From positions 288,001 through 352,000 of the forward strand of contig JBNKCR010000098.1 in assembly GCA_050287845.1 (NCBI GenBank): DNA of 64,000 nucleotides. The letters run 5' to 3'. The notes under the pieces are model-generated. The model saw only the letters and a program-made list of their open reading frames with translations. It searched no databases and was not told the DNA's origin. The stretch is from Polyangia bacterium (GTDB taxonomy: Bacteria; Myxococcota_A; Polyangia; JAAYKL01). Positions 1-9,531 of this stretch are shown here, in pieces (the first letter of the stretch is position 1; the number at the start of each line of letters is the position of its first letter). The translations under genes were made by a program, and so were the position numbers.

Positions 1-1
1 C

Positions 2-415
2 TGCCGGTGTCCAGATGGCCAGTGCCGAACCGGATGGGAGTGCATGAGTATATTGTTTTAAGAAGGAAGCAGCGTGGCAGACAGCAACTGGGATGCGCCT
101 GTCCGGAAACATCGTGTGATACTGGTGCAGGGCGTAGACAGCGCCCGCATGTCGAAGCAGGTTGTATCTGCCTGAATCTGCTTTGGTCCCGTCCAGATAA
201 AAGCGGTAGCGGAATTGACCCTCCGAAGAGAGCTCGGACAGGAGTTTGTTTCCTGTGAGGTGGGCGGCGTTAACGACGTCATTGTAGAGTGCGCAGTTTC
301 CATCCCTTTGCTGAGGTGTCGCTTTAAACGAGGCCGATTTGGACGTCCCGTGGTGGACCCGGCTGGTGCAGCTCACCAGTGTTGCAACGATAAAAAAAGT
401 CCTCAGTAAATACAT
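2..415 (-). CDS. Partial lipoprotein (runs off the window start) with YNLLRHAG motif; not in the ORF track
   Basis: Manual translation from ATG at 415: MYLLRTFFIVATLVSC-TSRVHH...EGQFRYRFYLDG...GRYNLLRHAGAVYALHQY..., open to the window edge. Lipobox-like LVSC. Confidence 0.75.
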   Translation of the reverse strand, partial: MYLLRTFFIVATLVSCTSRVHHGTSKSASFKATPQQRDGNCALYNDVVNAAHLTGNKLLSELSSEGQFRYRFYLDGTKADSGRYNLLRHAGAVYALHQYHTMFPDRRIPVAVCHAASFLKQYTHALPSGSALAIWTPA

Positions 416-463
416 GTCCACCGGTTTCGCATCGATTGCGTCATTCAGCAAGAAAGAATCGAA

Positions 464-1774
464 CTACATGGGCAGGCTCACGATGGTCCGGTTTCGACCG
501 CCCTGTTTCGCGGAGTACAGCGCTTTATCCGCATCAGAAACCAGGCTGAGCTCTCTTGATAATTCTGGAAATACACTTGTGCCAATACTGATGGTCTGTC
601 GGATTTTTTTGGATGAAAAGGTGCGGTCTTCACATGCCTTTCGAATCCGCTCGGCAACGGTAACCACGTTTGACGCCGAGGAACCCGGTAGCAGCACACA
701 GAATTCTTCGCCACCAAACCTGCATGGAACATCGTAGCTGCGGATTTTGTTTTTCAGCAGCGCGCCGAATTCCCGGAGTACTTCGTCTCCCACTTCGTGG
801 CCGTACGTATCGTTCACTCGCTTGAAGAAATCCAAATCTATCAGCAACAGACCGAGCGGTGAGGCGCTTCTCCTTGTGCGCTCCATCTCCCGCTGCATCG
901 CCATATCCATATAGGTTCGGTTGAACAGTGCGGTCAACGGATCGGTGAACGCAAGGGTTTCCATCTGCTTCTGCTGCGCGTGCAGTTCCTTTTGCAGCTT
1001 TCTGATTTTAAGCACATTGGAGACCCGGGCAAAAAATTCTTCCTTGATAATGGGCTTCGAGATGTGATCATTGGCCCCCATTCGCAGACATTCCACCACT
1101 GTATCCATTTCGCTGTTTCCCGAAACAATCACAATCGGCAGTTCATCCAGATTTCGCGATGCACGGATACTCTTGCAGATGTCCAGACCATTTCCGTCCG
1201 GCAAATACAGGTCCAGCGAGATGATTTCGGGTTGAATCACCTCAATGTGGGCATAGAATTCCGCTGCGGTATTGCAGATGAACGAGGTCACGCCGAGCAC
1301 ATCCAGCAGTTTCTGCACAATGAGTGCTGTGGTATTCACATCTTCCACGATTATCGCCGGCGCCCGATGGGTCACGCGCTGGCCCGAAGGCCATCCCATC
1401 AATTCATTGATCGAACGCATGAATGTGGCCAAATCGATTGGTTTGGGAATGCTTTTTACTTCAGCGGCATCAAAGGTTCTCTTTACCTCGGCACTTAGAA
1501 CGTCTGTGCTGGTAATGATATAACGGGTATCGTGATTGGCAGGCACCGTGTCCAGCTGAGCAATGAAATCCTGTACTGAAATCTCGGTTTCCTGACGTGC
1601 CATATCCAGAAGAATCAAATCATATACACCATCGGGCAGCCAGTCGTTCGGATTCTCAGCCAGATGTGACTGGACAGTCGCTTCAAATCCAAGTGCTTCA
1701 ACTGCTTGCGCCAGAAAGCGTGCTGCGATGGGATTGGCATCAATTACAAGTGCTTTTTTGGGTACAGTATTCAT
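464..1774 (-). CDS. Diguanylate cyclase with two receiver domains (PleD/WspR-like, REC-REC-GGDEF)
   Basis: Two REC-like segments (DLILLDM...KPI; EIISLDLYLPDGNG...KPI), coiled linker, TDPLTALFNR, DLDFFKRVNDTYGH, I-site RSYD upstream of GGEEF. Confidence 0.95.
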   Translation of the reverse strand: MNTVPKKALVIDANPIAARFLAQAVEALGFEATVQSHLAENPNDWLPDGVYDLILLDMARQETEISVQDFIAQLDTVPANHDTRYIITSTDVLSAEVKRTFDAAEVKSIPKPIDLATFMRSINELMGWPSGQRVTHRAPAIIVEDVNTTALIVQKLLDVLGVTSFICNTAAEFYAHIEVIQPEIISLDLYLPDGNGLDICKSIRASRNLDELPIVIVSGNSEMDTVVECLRMGANDHISKPIIKEEFFARVSNVLKIRKLQKELHAQQKQMETLAFTDPLTALFNRTYMDMAMQREMERTRRSASPLGLLLIDLDFFKRVNDTYGHEVGDEVLREFGALLKNKIRSYDVPCRFGGEEFCVLLPGSSASNVVTVAERIRKACEDRTFSSKKIRQTISIGTSVFPELSRELSLVSDADKALYSAKQGGRNRTIVSLPM

Positions 1775-2009
1775 TGTCAGCCATCAGCTCCGAATTGTTC
1801 GAAATTCTGAAAACTTTCATGGTGTAACGGCCGCAGGGACAATTAAATTAGACTGAATCGTTGCTCAGATGATGACCGGGGAACATCATTGAGTTCCCTG
1901 TATTCGGCATGACGTCACGTTTGGCTCCAGTCAACTGAGAATTGCATGCAACCTTTCAGATTTATTTGACAATCACTTCCCGGAGACGAACAACAGGGGG
2001 GGCAGGGGG

Positions 2010-2795
2010 TCAGGGTTGCTGTTCGGGTTCTGTGTCCAGTGATACGGGAGATTCGAATTCCTGAGGGGATTCCTCTGGCACGGCGGACGCCTGGGCCTCG
2101 GTTTCTCTGGCCACCATCAATTCCGCAGCCTGTTTTCGGGCTTCCTCTTCCTGTTCCTTGCGCAGCAATTCTTTATGCTCCCGATAACAATCCTTGCACA
2201 TGGGATCGTCTTTTTCTTCCGGTAAAAACGGTACCATGGCATTTTCGCCACACGCCACACACACAATGGAAAACATGGGGCGCTGGTCCATTTTTACACG
2301 CTCGCCGGTTGAAAACGCCGGTGACCGATATTCGTCCTCTGGTTTTATATGGTCATATTCTCTGAATGCCGGTGATCGATATTCTTCCTGGGGATTGATA
2401 TGTTCATATTCGCGAAACGCCGGTGACCGATAGTCGTCCGCGTTGTCCATCATTTCGTATTCCCGGAACGCTGGAGAACGGTATTCCCCTGAAAAATCGG
2501 ATCTTTCATTTTTAAATGATGGCGACCGATAGTCCTGTCTCGGCGGTTTATGGGGCCCTCTGGCTTTTGGTCCCCCTGATCTGCGGAACTGTGGGTCGTT
2601 GAATGCGGGAGACCGATATTCTCCGGCATAGGGGCTTTGTACCCGTTTTCGCTTCCTGGCTTTTTGCCGGCAGGCTTTGCAGCGTTTGGGTTCTGAGGTC
2701 AACTTCTTTTGCGCATAGAATTCCTGTTCGTTGGCAGAAAAGATGAATGATTCATTGCATTCCGCGCACCGCAGTGTTTTGTCTTCAAAAGCCAT
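2010..2795 (-). CDS. Zinc-ribbon protein: N-terminal zf-trcl-like ribbon, internal YRSPAF repeats, C-terminal CxxC-x17-CxxC domain
   Basis: MAFEDKTLRCAECNESFIFSANEQEFYAQK...EPKRCKACR; CVAC-x17-CKDC. Start moved to ATG 2795 to match the family N-terminus. Confidence 0.9.
   Translation of the reverse strand: MAFEDKTLRCAECNESFIFSANEQEFYAQKKLTSEPKRCKACRQKARKRKRVQSPYAGEYRSPAFNDPQFRRSGGPKARGPHKPPRQDYRSPSFKNERSDFSGEYRSPAFREYEMMDNADDYRSPAFREYEHINPQEEYRSPAFREYDHIKPEDEYRSPAFSTGERVKMDQRPMFSIVCVACGENAMVPFLPEEKDDPMCKDCYREHKELLRKEQEEEARKQAAELMVARETEAQASAVPEESPQEFESPVSLDTEPEQQP
2311..2621 (-). repeat. Six in-frame coding repeats of [DE]YRSP[AS]F; the last four at 51-bp (17-aa) period
   Basis: EYRSPAFN, DYRSPSFK, EYRSPAFREYE, DYRSPAFREYE, EYRSPAFREYD, EYRSPAFS. 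Confidence 0.9.
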
Positions 2796-2993
2796 GCTTT
2801 TCTCTTTCTTTGCTCTGGACCGCTTCGTAATGGTCAATGACCGTACCGGAGTTTTTGTCCTGCGAATCACTGGGCCGGTCAATTTTTAAATACGAACAAC
2901 CCAGATCTGATTCGGTTCAATATGTCTCTTTGTCCCACTCCGCCGAAAAAAATACGGGGAAAATGTTGGAGCAGGGGCCTAAACAGTTGGCAA

Positions 2994-3043
2994 ATTATAT
3001 ATCTGCCGTTTTCTTGTCAAGCGAATGGATAAACAGTTACAAT
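2994..3043. promoter_or_regulatory. Overlapping divergent sigma70-like promoters
   Basis: Minus strand: TTGACA(3020-3015)-15 nt-TATAAT(2999-2994). Plus strand: TTGTCA(3014-3019)-18 nt-TACAAT(3038-3043). Both spacers are non-optimal. Confidence 0.45.
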
Positions 3044-3050
3044 TCAAACC

Positions 3051-3455
3051 ATGTTGAAGTTGGTAAAATTTCTGGTTGGATTTGTTTTTTTCGTATCATT
3101 CGGATACGTCCTGTTTTTTGTTCCGCTTGGGGAACGGACCCTCTACCAGCATCTGAGAAACATTTCTGGCACCAATGAAGCGCAGGCTCTCAAGGACGGC
3201 ATCAGAGAGAAGGCCCAACTGGTGACCTCGGATGTGGTGGAAAACGTACCCGAACTAAAAGACGTGGATGAAAAAGTAAGCGCCGTCCGCAAGGTGATTT
3301 CCGCCGAAACTGATCGGGTGTCCCCCGGGAAGCCGAATGGGTCAAATAAGGCCGAACAGGAATCCACTGTTCAGCGTGATGCCGTTCGCACTGTCCAGGT
3401 AACTCAGGAAGACCGCACAGCGCTGGACAATCTGGTGAAACGTAAGTTGAAGTAG
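3051..3455 (+). CDS. Hypothetical membrane-anchored protein
   Basis: N-terminal hydrophobic helix, FFVPLGERTLYQH motif, charged tail. Confidence 0.75.
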   Translation: MLKLVKFLVGFVFFVSFGYVLFFVPLGERTLYQHLRNISGTNEAQALKDGIREKAQLVTSDVVENVPELKDVDEKVSAVRKVISAETDRVSPGKPNGSNKAEQESTVQRDAVRTVQVTQEDRTALDNLVKRKLK

Positions 3456-3486
3456 TCTGCTATCCGGTTCGAGTCACCGGAGCAAG

Positions 3487-4644
3487 TCATTTTCTCCGGC
3501 TTTCAATTTTTTCCACTTCATCCATGAACTCGTCAAAGATGAAGAGGCCTTTGCGAAAAAGTATCTGGAGCGCTCCAGCGGCATAGGCCTGCCATTTCTC
3601 GCTGGGTAAATCCACCTGAGGCGGTTGTCCACTGGTTACATCCTTGAGCGCGAGCAGAAATGCGTCCTCTTCGAGGATGTCTGATGGCGGCGCGGATTCT
3701 CGCGGCCCGGTGAATGACAATGTGGTTCCATCCAGCAGTGTCAGGGCAAATCCTTCACCCACACGTTTTCTGCCGACGCCATAAATCCGACGTTCCGCTT
3801 CCCGTCGGGCAGCGTCTCTGGTCTGGTATACTTCTTCGCCGTCCCGGGAAATCGTCGGTGCCGATGAGAGTCGTTTGGGAATTTTCACTTCGGGTACAGC
3901 AGAGACCCGAGGTACCTGTCTGATACCGGATGAAGGGTCTGCATCGTCATCGGTCGCGAGTTCATCATCGGGTATGGTCTCCGGCTGATCTGTATTGTCA
4001 GTGGGGGGACGAATCGAGATTCTGGATGCGGCCCCCGTTGACGAAGCGAAAGACGACGCCTTGATGTACAGATCGATAGGTACGCCCTCCTGAGCGTCCA
4101 GTTCGATTTCATCGCTCAAATCTTCAACGGATTCGTCTTCAAACGAGACACTGCTTTCCACCAGAGGATTCATTGGCGGAACGGATTTCAGTTCCTCACC
4201 ATAGTAATAAAAACGGATTGCCGATGCGATATCTGCGGGGCCGGCAATCATGGGTTTGACGTCCATGCCTGCGGTGGCGGACACAAATCGCATCGCGTCG
4301 GTATCAGATGGGTCGTTCATCGCAACGTACAGTGCTTTTTCGCCATCTTTCTCGAGGCGGATATAAATGGGAATCAGAAAAAATTCTTCCGCAACATTCG
4401 ATGGGACCATGTTCAACGCCTCTTCGGGCACATCAATTCGCCAGACACTCACCCACGGAATCGACAAATGCCGGCTCAACGCCTGTAGCAGGTGTGATTC
4501 GGAAACAAAGCCTTCCTGGAGCAGAATGGTCCCCAGACGAAGCTGCTGTGCTTTCTGGATTTCCAGCGCACGTTCCAGGTTTTCTCTGGAGAGAATGCCG
4601 GATTCCATCAGTATTTCACCCAGTCGAAGACGCGGCTGATTCAT
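3487..4644 (-). CDS. MshEN/GspE N-terminal domain protein without ATPase (putative c-di-GMP receptor)
   Basis: RLGEILMESGILSRENLERALEIQ and RLGTILLQEGFVSESHLLQALSRH match the tandem MshEN motif; LYVAMNDPSD; no Walker A. Start taken at ATG 4644. Confidence 0.88.
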   Translation of the reverse strand: MNQPRLRLGEILMESGILSRENLERALEIQKAQQLRLGTILLQEGFVSESHLLQALSRHLSIPWVSVWRIDVPEEALNMVPSNVAEEFFLIPIYIRLEKDGEKALYVAMNDPSDTDAMRFVSATAGMDVKPMIAGPADIASAIRFYYYGEELKSVPPMNPLVESSVSFEDESVEDLSDEIELDAQEGVPIDLYIKASSFASSTGAASRISIRPPTDNTDQPETIPDDELATDDDADPSSGIRQVPRVSAVPEVKIPKRLSSAPTISRDGEEVYQTRDAARREAERRIYGVGRKRVGEGFALTLLDGTTLSFTGPRESAPPSDILEEDAFLLALKDVTSGQPPQVDLPSEKWQAYAAGALQILFRKGLFIFDEFMDEVEKIESRRK

Positions 4645-4910
4645 ATTTTTGTCCACTTTCCCAATCCTCCGGATCGTTAGACCCCTTCTTGCTGAAGTTG
4701 ATCTTCTCTGCACCTTTTATTCAACCGAATCCCTCTTGTTCTCACTATGTTTTACAGTCTGTTCAAACTGGACTCGGTCCAGGCAGGCTCTTGAACCGGG
4801 AGCGAACCTGCAACAATTCAGAAAGTATATAAAAAAAAGGCGAGCAGGGCAATTGCGTAGCAATGTTGCAGGATGTTACCGTGAGAGTGAAACTTGAAAA
4901 CAGATTCGGT

Positions 4911-6131
4911 CTACTGAATCTGTTTCAGTTTCTGGCGAATGGCCTTCACAGTGGTGTACCGGCTTTCCGCGTGGCTCACAATGAAATTTCTCATTTCAAT
5001 TTTCCGGTTCAAATTTTTCGCCTGATTCTGCTGCCTGTCCACCAGACTATTATAAGTGTCCACTGCCTGATTGTATTTTCGGACGCGCTGATTTGAATTG
5101 GTTTCAGTGGTTGCCGGGCTATTTTTCATTTCGCGCTGAAAGTCTTCCAGTTTTCGTGCCGCGCTGTGACATTGTTCGGTCAGATCCTCTATTTTTTTCT
5201 GATCCCGGGTGATTTCCGATTCGATGGATTTCAGTGTTTCTGAAATATAGGCAACATCTAACGACGCGCCATATTTTCGTTTCCCGGTGCCGATACGTTG
5301 AACCAGGGGTGTTGTATGAATCTGAACATTTGCGTTCTCCGAAAAAGGGAATCCAATCAGAGATGGAGAAGTGGTTTCGATATAGGAATACCCGGTGCGC
5401 CTATACTCAAGGCCATTGCTCTTGATACCAACCGCCATGTGTTTTTCGCTGCTAAAATGGAAAGTCGCCACATTGAATCCGCTGCGAGTGAGCAGTGCGA
5501 CCAGCAGTCGACTTTTATCATCGCAGTCCCCTGTCTTTTCGGCGAGCGTTTCCACTGGAAACCGGGCCTTATCGGATTTTGTATCGTCATATTCAATCTG
5601 CTGTACAAATGCAGTCAACAGTTCCGCTGTCCGATCGGGATCCAGTTTTTTTTCTTTTGCGATTTGAAGCAGTTTTTGGTGGAGCGCATCAAGGGTGGGC
5701 TTCTGCGCCGGATCTTCGATGAACGCAAGATTGTATTTTTCCCGCCAGTCACTGTCTTCGTTGCCTGCCACCGAGACTGCGTATTTGTTGGCCTGCTTCG
5801 CTCCTTCAAGAACATTTCTGGGAATTTTCAAATCCAGCCGCATCTGTTCTTCTTCGAACGAAAAGCGAAACCTTGCTTTAATCGTTCCGGACTTTCCGGT
5901 CTGAGGGATAATCCGGGGGTATTCGCTGGCGGAATTTTCCACTGTTCGCCGGTGCACTCCCGCCGATGATGCGGACGCGGTTTCTGCGGGTTCACTCCAT
6001 TCATTGTCCGATGCCGGTAGGGCTTCGTTATAGGGTGCACTGCCGCTGCATCCGGAATGAATAAGACTCCCCAGGATGCTGATGAGGAGACCGCTCAAGA
6101 AAAACAGTATTGAAAATCCATGGGTTGTCAT
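4911..6131 (-). CDS. Transglutaminase-like cysteine-protease domain protein with C-terminal coiled coil, exported
   Basis: FVQQIEY...FPVETLAEKTGDCDDKS...HMAVGI...YSYIETT; N-terminal hydrophobic segment with SGC. Confidence 0.85.
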   Translation of the reverse strand: MTTHGFSILFFLSGLLISILGSLIHSGCSGSAPYNEALPASDNEWSEPAETASASSAGVHRRTVENSASEYPRIIPQTGKSGTIKARFRFSFEEEQMRLDLKIPRNVLEGAKQANKYAVSVAGNEDSDWREKYNLAFIEDPAQKPTLDALHQKLLQIAKEKKLDPDRTAELLTAFVQQIEYDDTKSDKARFPVETLAEKTGDCDDKSRLLVALLTRSGFNVATFHFSSEKHMAVGIKSNGLEYRRTGYSYIETTSPSLIGFPFSENANVQIHTTPLVQRIGTGKRKYGASLDVAYISETLKSIESEITRDQKKIEDLTEQCHSAARKLEDFQREMKNSPATTETNSNQRVRKYNQAVDTYNSLVDRQQNQAKNLNRKIEMRNFIVSHAESRYTTVKAIRQKLKQIQ

Positions 6132-6220
6132 CAGATGTCAATATAGCGTCGGGAGCCGGAAATGCAAAGTGTTGCACCGGATATTTTCCGGGATGAGAAA
6201 GGGGGGAGTCAACGCGGGTG

Positions 6221-7120
6221 CTACTCAACAATCGGGGTGAAGCATTCGATGGACGTGGTAATCTTGAAGTTGGAATTCATCGGCTGACGCTCTGCATGGA
6301 AGACGTCGAGGGTGTACTGTCTGCCCTCTGTCAGCCCCAGCTTGTCCATGGCAACCGTTCCTTCTTCCACACCGTGAATGCCTCCCAAATCCAGTTCAAG
6401 CTTACCATCCACAAACACCCACACATCATCATCTCCCCGGAACGAAAACTCCTGACCTTTTTCGTACTTGAACTTTGTGTGTATTTCCGTGGTGAACAGG
6501 TAGTTGTGCAACACATTCATATCATCAATCGGGTCTTTATCGAGGTCATCGCCATCCAGCGGATAGAACGAAGTGGTTTCGTAGATGTATCCTTCTTCCT
6601 CATCGGATTTGGTCAACTCCAGCACGTACTCAATACCTTCATAATCTTTGTCGTACCAGTCGGCGAAGCTGTCTTCACTGTCAATCATGTAGGGCGCATT
6701 ACAGTTCGCACCGGATTCTTTCAGGGAGCCTTTCCGGCTTTTAAATACAGGTTTGAAATTGTCACCGAGCGTATCATCGACAAGATCCTGGGTCACCGTT
6801 TCGCAGACAATTGATCCCATCTGATAAAAATCTTCATGATTCATATCAAAATCTCTCACAATCGCCGTGAGCTCCAGATTTCCACCTCCCTCATTGGCGC
6901 AGGGATCAGCACCGTTATCTGCGTCGCTGTCCGAATCGCTGTCCGCGTCCGAATCGCTGTCCGCGTCTGAATCGCTGTCTGAGTCTGAATCGCTGTCCGC
7001 GTCTGAATCGCTGTCTGAATCATTCGCTCCCGGGCGCTGGGGAACGCTGGTGGTATCGCTACCACAGGCACCTGCAACCCAAATAAGACAGAACATCAAG
7101 AAGTAAAGTAATAATTTCAT
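6221..7120 (-). CDS. Fibro-slime (PA14-like) domain lipoprotein with DS repeat
   Basis: Lipobox AGAC; (DS/DA)n linker; IVRDF..HEDF; HNYLFTTEIH; FRGDDDVWVFVDGKLELDLGGIH; FHAER. Confidence 0.92.
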   Translation of the reverse strand: MKLLLYFLMFCLIWVAGACGSDTTSVPQRPGANDSDSDSDADSDSDSDSDSDADSDSDADSDSDSDADNGADPCANEGGGNLELTAIVRDFDMNHEDFYQMGSIVCETVTQDLVDDTLGDNFKPVFKSRKGSLKESGANCNAPYMIDSEDSFADWYDKDYEGIEYVLELTKSDEEEGYIYETTSFYPLDGDDLDKDPIDDMNVLHNYLFTTEIHTKFKYEKGQEFSFRGDDDVWVFVDGKLELDLGGIHGVEEGTVAMDKLGLTEGRQYTLDVFHAERQPMNSNFKITTSIECFTPIVE

Positions 7121-7239
7121 GAGTATCTCCTTAAAATTGCTTTCGCAATCATATCTTATCCTCTGTTTATCATATCATACACAGTTTTTGTATTGATAAT
7201 AAACTACCTGCGTTTTCCGTTTGTTGACAGATTTATTTA

Positions 7240-7914
7240 TTACAGCACATTCTGAATGTCGGACCAGTGGATATTGGGTTTTTGCCGATTCATGGCAACC
7301 AGCTGAAAATAGTCATCCCTGGGCAGCAGTTCTCCGCCAAGCGATTCAACGACCGGAGTGATCATCTGTGTGTCTATCCATGGCACGCCTGCCCGGGACA
7401 ACGTCCGAAGCAGGGTGACCAGCGCCACTTTAGACGCGTCCGGCCGGAGATGAAACATTGATTCTCCGCTGAATACATTGTTCAGGTAGACGCCGTACAC
7501 CCCACCGACAAGGTGGTTGTCGGTGTATGCTTCCACACTGTGCGCAATGCCTTCCCTGTACAGTTCAATATAGGCCGATTCCATCCGAGGCGTTATCCAC
7601 GTACCGCTTTGCTCTTTTCGCACGCTGCTGCGGCAATATCCAATGACTTTCTCGAAAGCAGTGTCAAAACGAATTTCGTAAACGCGCTTGTTCAGGGTAC
7701 GACGCAGCGAGCGGGAAACATGCAGGCGTTCAAACCGCAGGATTCCCCGTGGATCGGGACAGAACCAGAGTATGGGCAAGTCGTCGCTTTCGGGCCAGGG
7801 GAAGACCCCATTCAGATAAGAGTCTATAAGAGTCGGCACATCGAGAGATCCGCCAATGGCGACCAGGTCATGTGGAAAGCCGTACTCTTCGGGGTTTTGG
7901 ATGAAACGGGGCAA
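7240..7914 (-). CDS. aat: Leucyl/phenylalanyl-tRNA--protein transferase
   Basis: LVAIGGSL, YLNGVFPW, WFCPDPRG, TWIT, AHSVE, LVGGVYG, FSGESMF, DASKVAL, IDTQ. Start uncertain: TTG at 7914 chosen because the longer ORF overlaps ilvC. Confidence 0.92.
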   Translation of the reverse strand: MPRFIQNPEEYGFPHDLVAIGGSLDVPTLIDSYLNGVFPWPESDDLPILWFCPDPRGILRFERLHVSRSLRRTLNKRVYEIRFDTAFEKVIGYCRSSVRKEQSGTWITPRMESAYIELYREGIAHSVEAYTDNHLVGGVYGVYLNNVFSGESMFHLRPDASKVALVTLLRTLSRAGVPWIDTQMITPVVESLGGELLPRDDYFQLVAMNRQKPNIHWSDIQNVL

Positions 7915-7933
7915 GGCAACAGAGTCGTGGGTA

Positions 7934-9034
7934 TCAGTTCCCCTTACGACCTTTGATCCCTTTGGTGTCCTTTGTGATTTTTTGCGGCGCAGCATTGGGA
8001 CGCAGGCTGCGAACGGCTTTACCGGTTGCCCAGATTTCGGAATTTCCCAGTTCATCCAGTTCTTTGTCCAGACGCTCCTGATAGTTTTTCGCACCACAGA
8101 CTTTCAGCACTCGACGAGTTTCAGCACCCGTTTTTACCGCCTTGTAAAGGTCTTTGAATACCGGCAGGGTGGCCTTCTTGAATTTCGGGCGCCAATCCAG
8201 AGCGCCTCGCTGGGCAGTGGCGCTGCAGTTGGAATACATCCAATCCATACCATTTTCATCCACGAGGCGAATCAGGCTCTGGGTCAGTTCCTCAACGGTT
8301 TCGTTGAACGCTTCGCTGGGGGAGTGGCCATTCTTGCGCAACACATCGTATTGTGCGTCCATGATGCCTGCCAGTGCGCCCATGAGAACGCCTCGCTCCC
8401 CGGTCAGGTCACTGTATACTTCGTTCTCGAAAGTCGTGGGGAAAAGATAACCGGAACCTACGCCGATGCCCATGGCCAGACAACGCTGCTCTGCCTTACC
8501 GGTGGCATCCTGAAAAACGGCGAAACTGGAGTTAATGCCTGCGCCATTGAGGAAGTTGCGGCGAACCGATGTGCCGGAGCCCTTGGGGGCAACCAGAATC
8601 ACGTCAACATCTGCCGGCGGAATGACCTTGGTGTCTTCCTTATATACCACACTGAATCCGTGTGAAAAATACAGCGCATCACCAGGATTGAGATTGCGTT
8701 TTACCTGAGGCCAGATTTTTTTCTGAGCGGCATCTGATACGAGGTAACAGATAATCGTTCCGCGTTGAACAGCTTCTTCGATTTCAAAAAGTGATTCTCC
8801 GGGAACAAAGCCGTCCTTTACGGCGCGGTTCCAGTCTTTCTTGAATTCTTTTGCCTGACCAACAATCACATTGAATCCGTTGTCACGCATGTTCAATGCC
8901 TGAGCTGGCCCTTGAACGCCATAACCGATGACTGCAATTGTTTCACTCTTTAAAACTCTTTTGGCTTTCGATACCGGAAACTCTTTTCGCCGTACCACAT
9001 CTTCTTTAACGCCGCCAAAATCGATAGTTGCCAT
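7934..9034 (-). CDS. ilvC: Ketol-acid reductoisomerase
   Basis: IAVIGYGVQGPAQALNMRDNG, FSHGF, VAPKGSG, EVYSDLTGERGVLMG, EAFNETVEE, CSATAQRGALDW. Confidence 0.97.
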   Translation of the reverse strand: MATIDFGGVKEDVVRRKEFPVSKAKRVLKSETIAVIGYGVQGPAQALNMRDNGFNVIVGQAKEFKKDWNRAVKDGFVPGESLFEIEEAVQRGTIICYLVSDAAQKKIWPQVKRNLNPGDALYFSHGFSVVYKEDTKVIPPADVDVILVAPKGSGTSVRRNFLNGAGINSSFAVFQDATGKAEQRCLAMGIGVGSGYLFPTTFENEVYSDLTGERGVLMGALAGIMDAQYDVLRKNGHSPSEAFNETVEELTQSLIRLVDENGMDWMYSNCSATAQRGALDWRPKFKKATLPVFKDLYKAVKTGAETRRVLKVCGAKNYQERLDKELDELGNSEIWATGKAVRSLRPNAAPQKITKDTKGIKGRKGN

Positions 9035-9093
9035 TACAAATTCTCCTATTTCCTTTTTTTGATTGGATCATGATTAACAAAAAACAAGCGCGT

Positions 9094-9121
9094 ATTATAA
9101 GAGTTAACATTTAATACTCAA
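9094..9121 (-). promoter_or_regulatory. sigma70-like promoter for ilvC
   Basis: TTGAGT-16 nt-TATAAT on the minus strand, about 60 nt upstream of the ilvC ATG (GGAG RBS). Confidence 0.55.
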
Positions 9122-9243
9122 GAAAGTTTTGGAAAAAATATCTGAAATTGGGGACTTGTACATATCGAGCCATGGGATTTCTGAAACGGGAGCTGAGACA
9201 GCGGCCGCATTTTTTTAGCTGCGGAGTGTCTGGATAATCTGCT

Positions 9244-9531
9244 TTGCGGTATTTGTCTGGTCTGCGCATAGATAGTACCTGTGCGAATTCCGGAGAAGTG
9301 GGCAGGGGGCAGATTGATGACAGCTCTCAGGAAAGTTCAGATTGCGGCAGGAATTTTGTCGTGTATTTTGATGTGAATCGTCAGAGCGGCGAATTCCACC
9401 GGTTGCCATACGCCAACGATGGCGCCATCATCAACGGACGCATCGACCTGGCGGCTCACACCAATCCCGGGGTACTCAATGAAGCGCTGGGTAATCTTAC
9501 CGGCGCGTATTGTCGAAACGATGGTCGATGA
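9244..9531 (+). other. Short ORF or gene remnant of unknown function
   Basis: 95-codon ORF with TTG start and no RBS, in an otherwise empty gap. Confidence 0.2.

Noticed and set aside
2311..2621. 51-bp periodic DNA repeats as a CRISPR array
   Set aside because: Repeats are in frame within a CDS, vary at synonymous positions and have related spacers; no cas genes in the window
7915..8097. Long N-terminal extension of aat
   Set aside because: Overlaps ilvC by more than 160 nt; Aat similarity starts only after the ilvC stop
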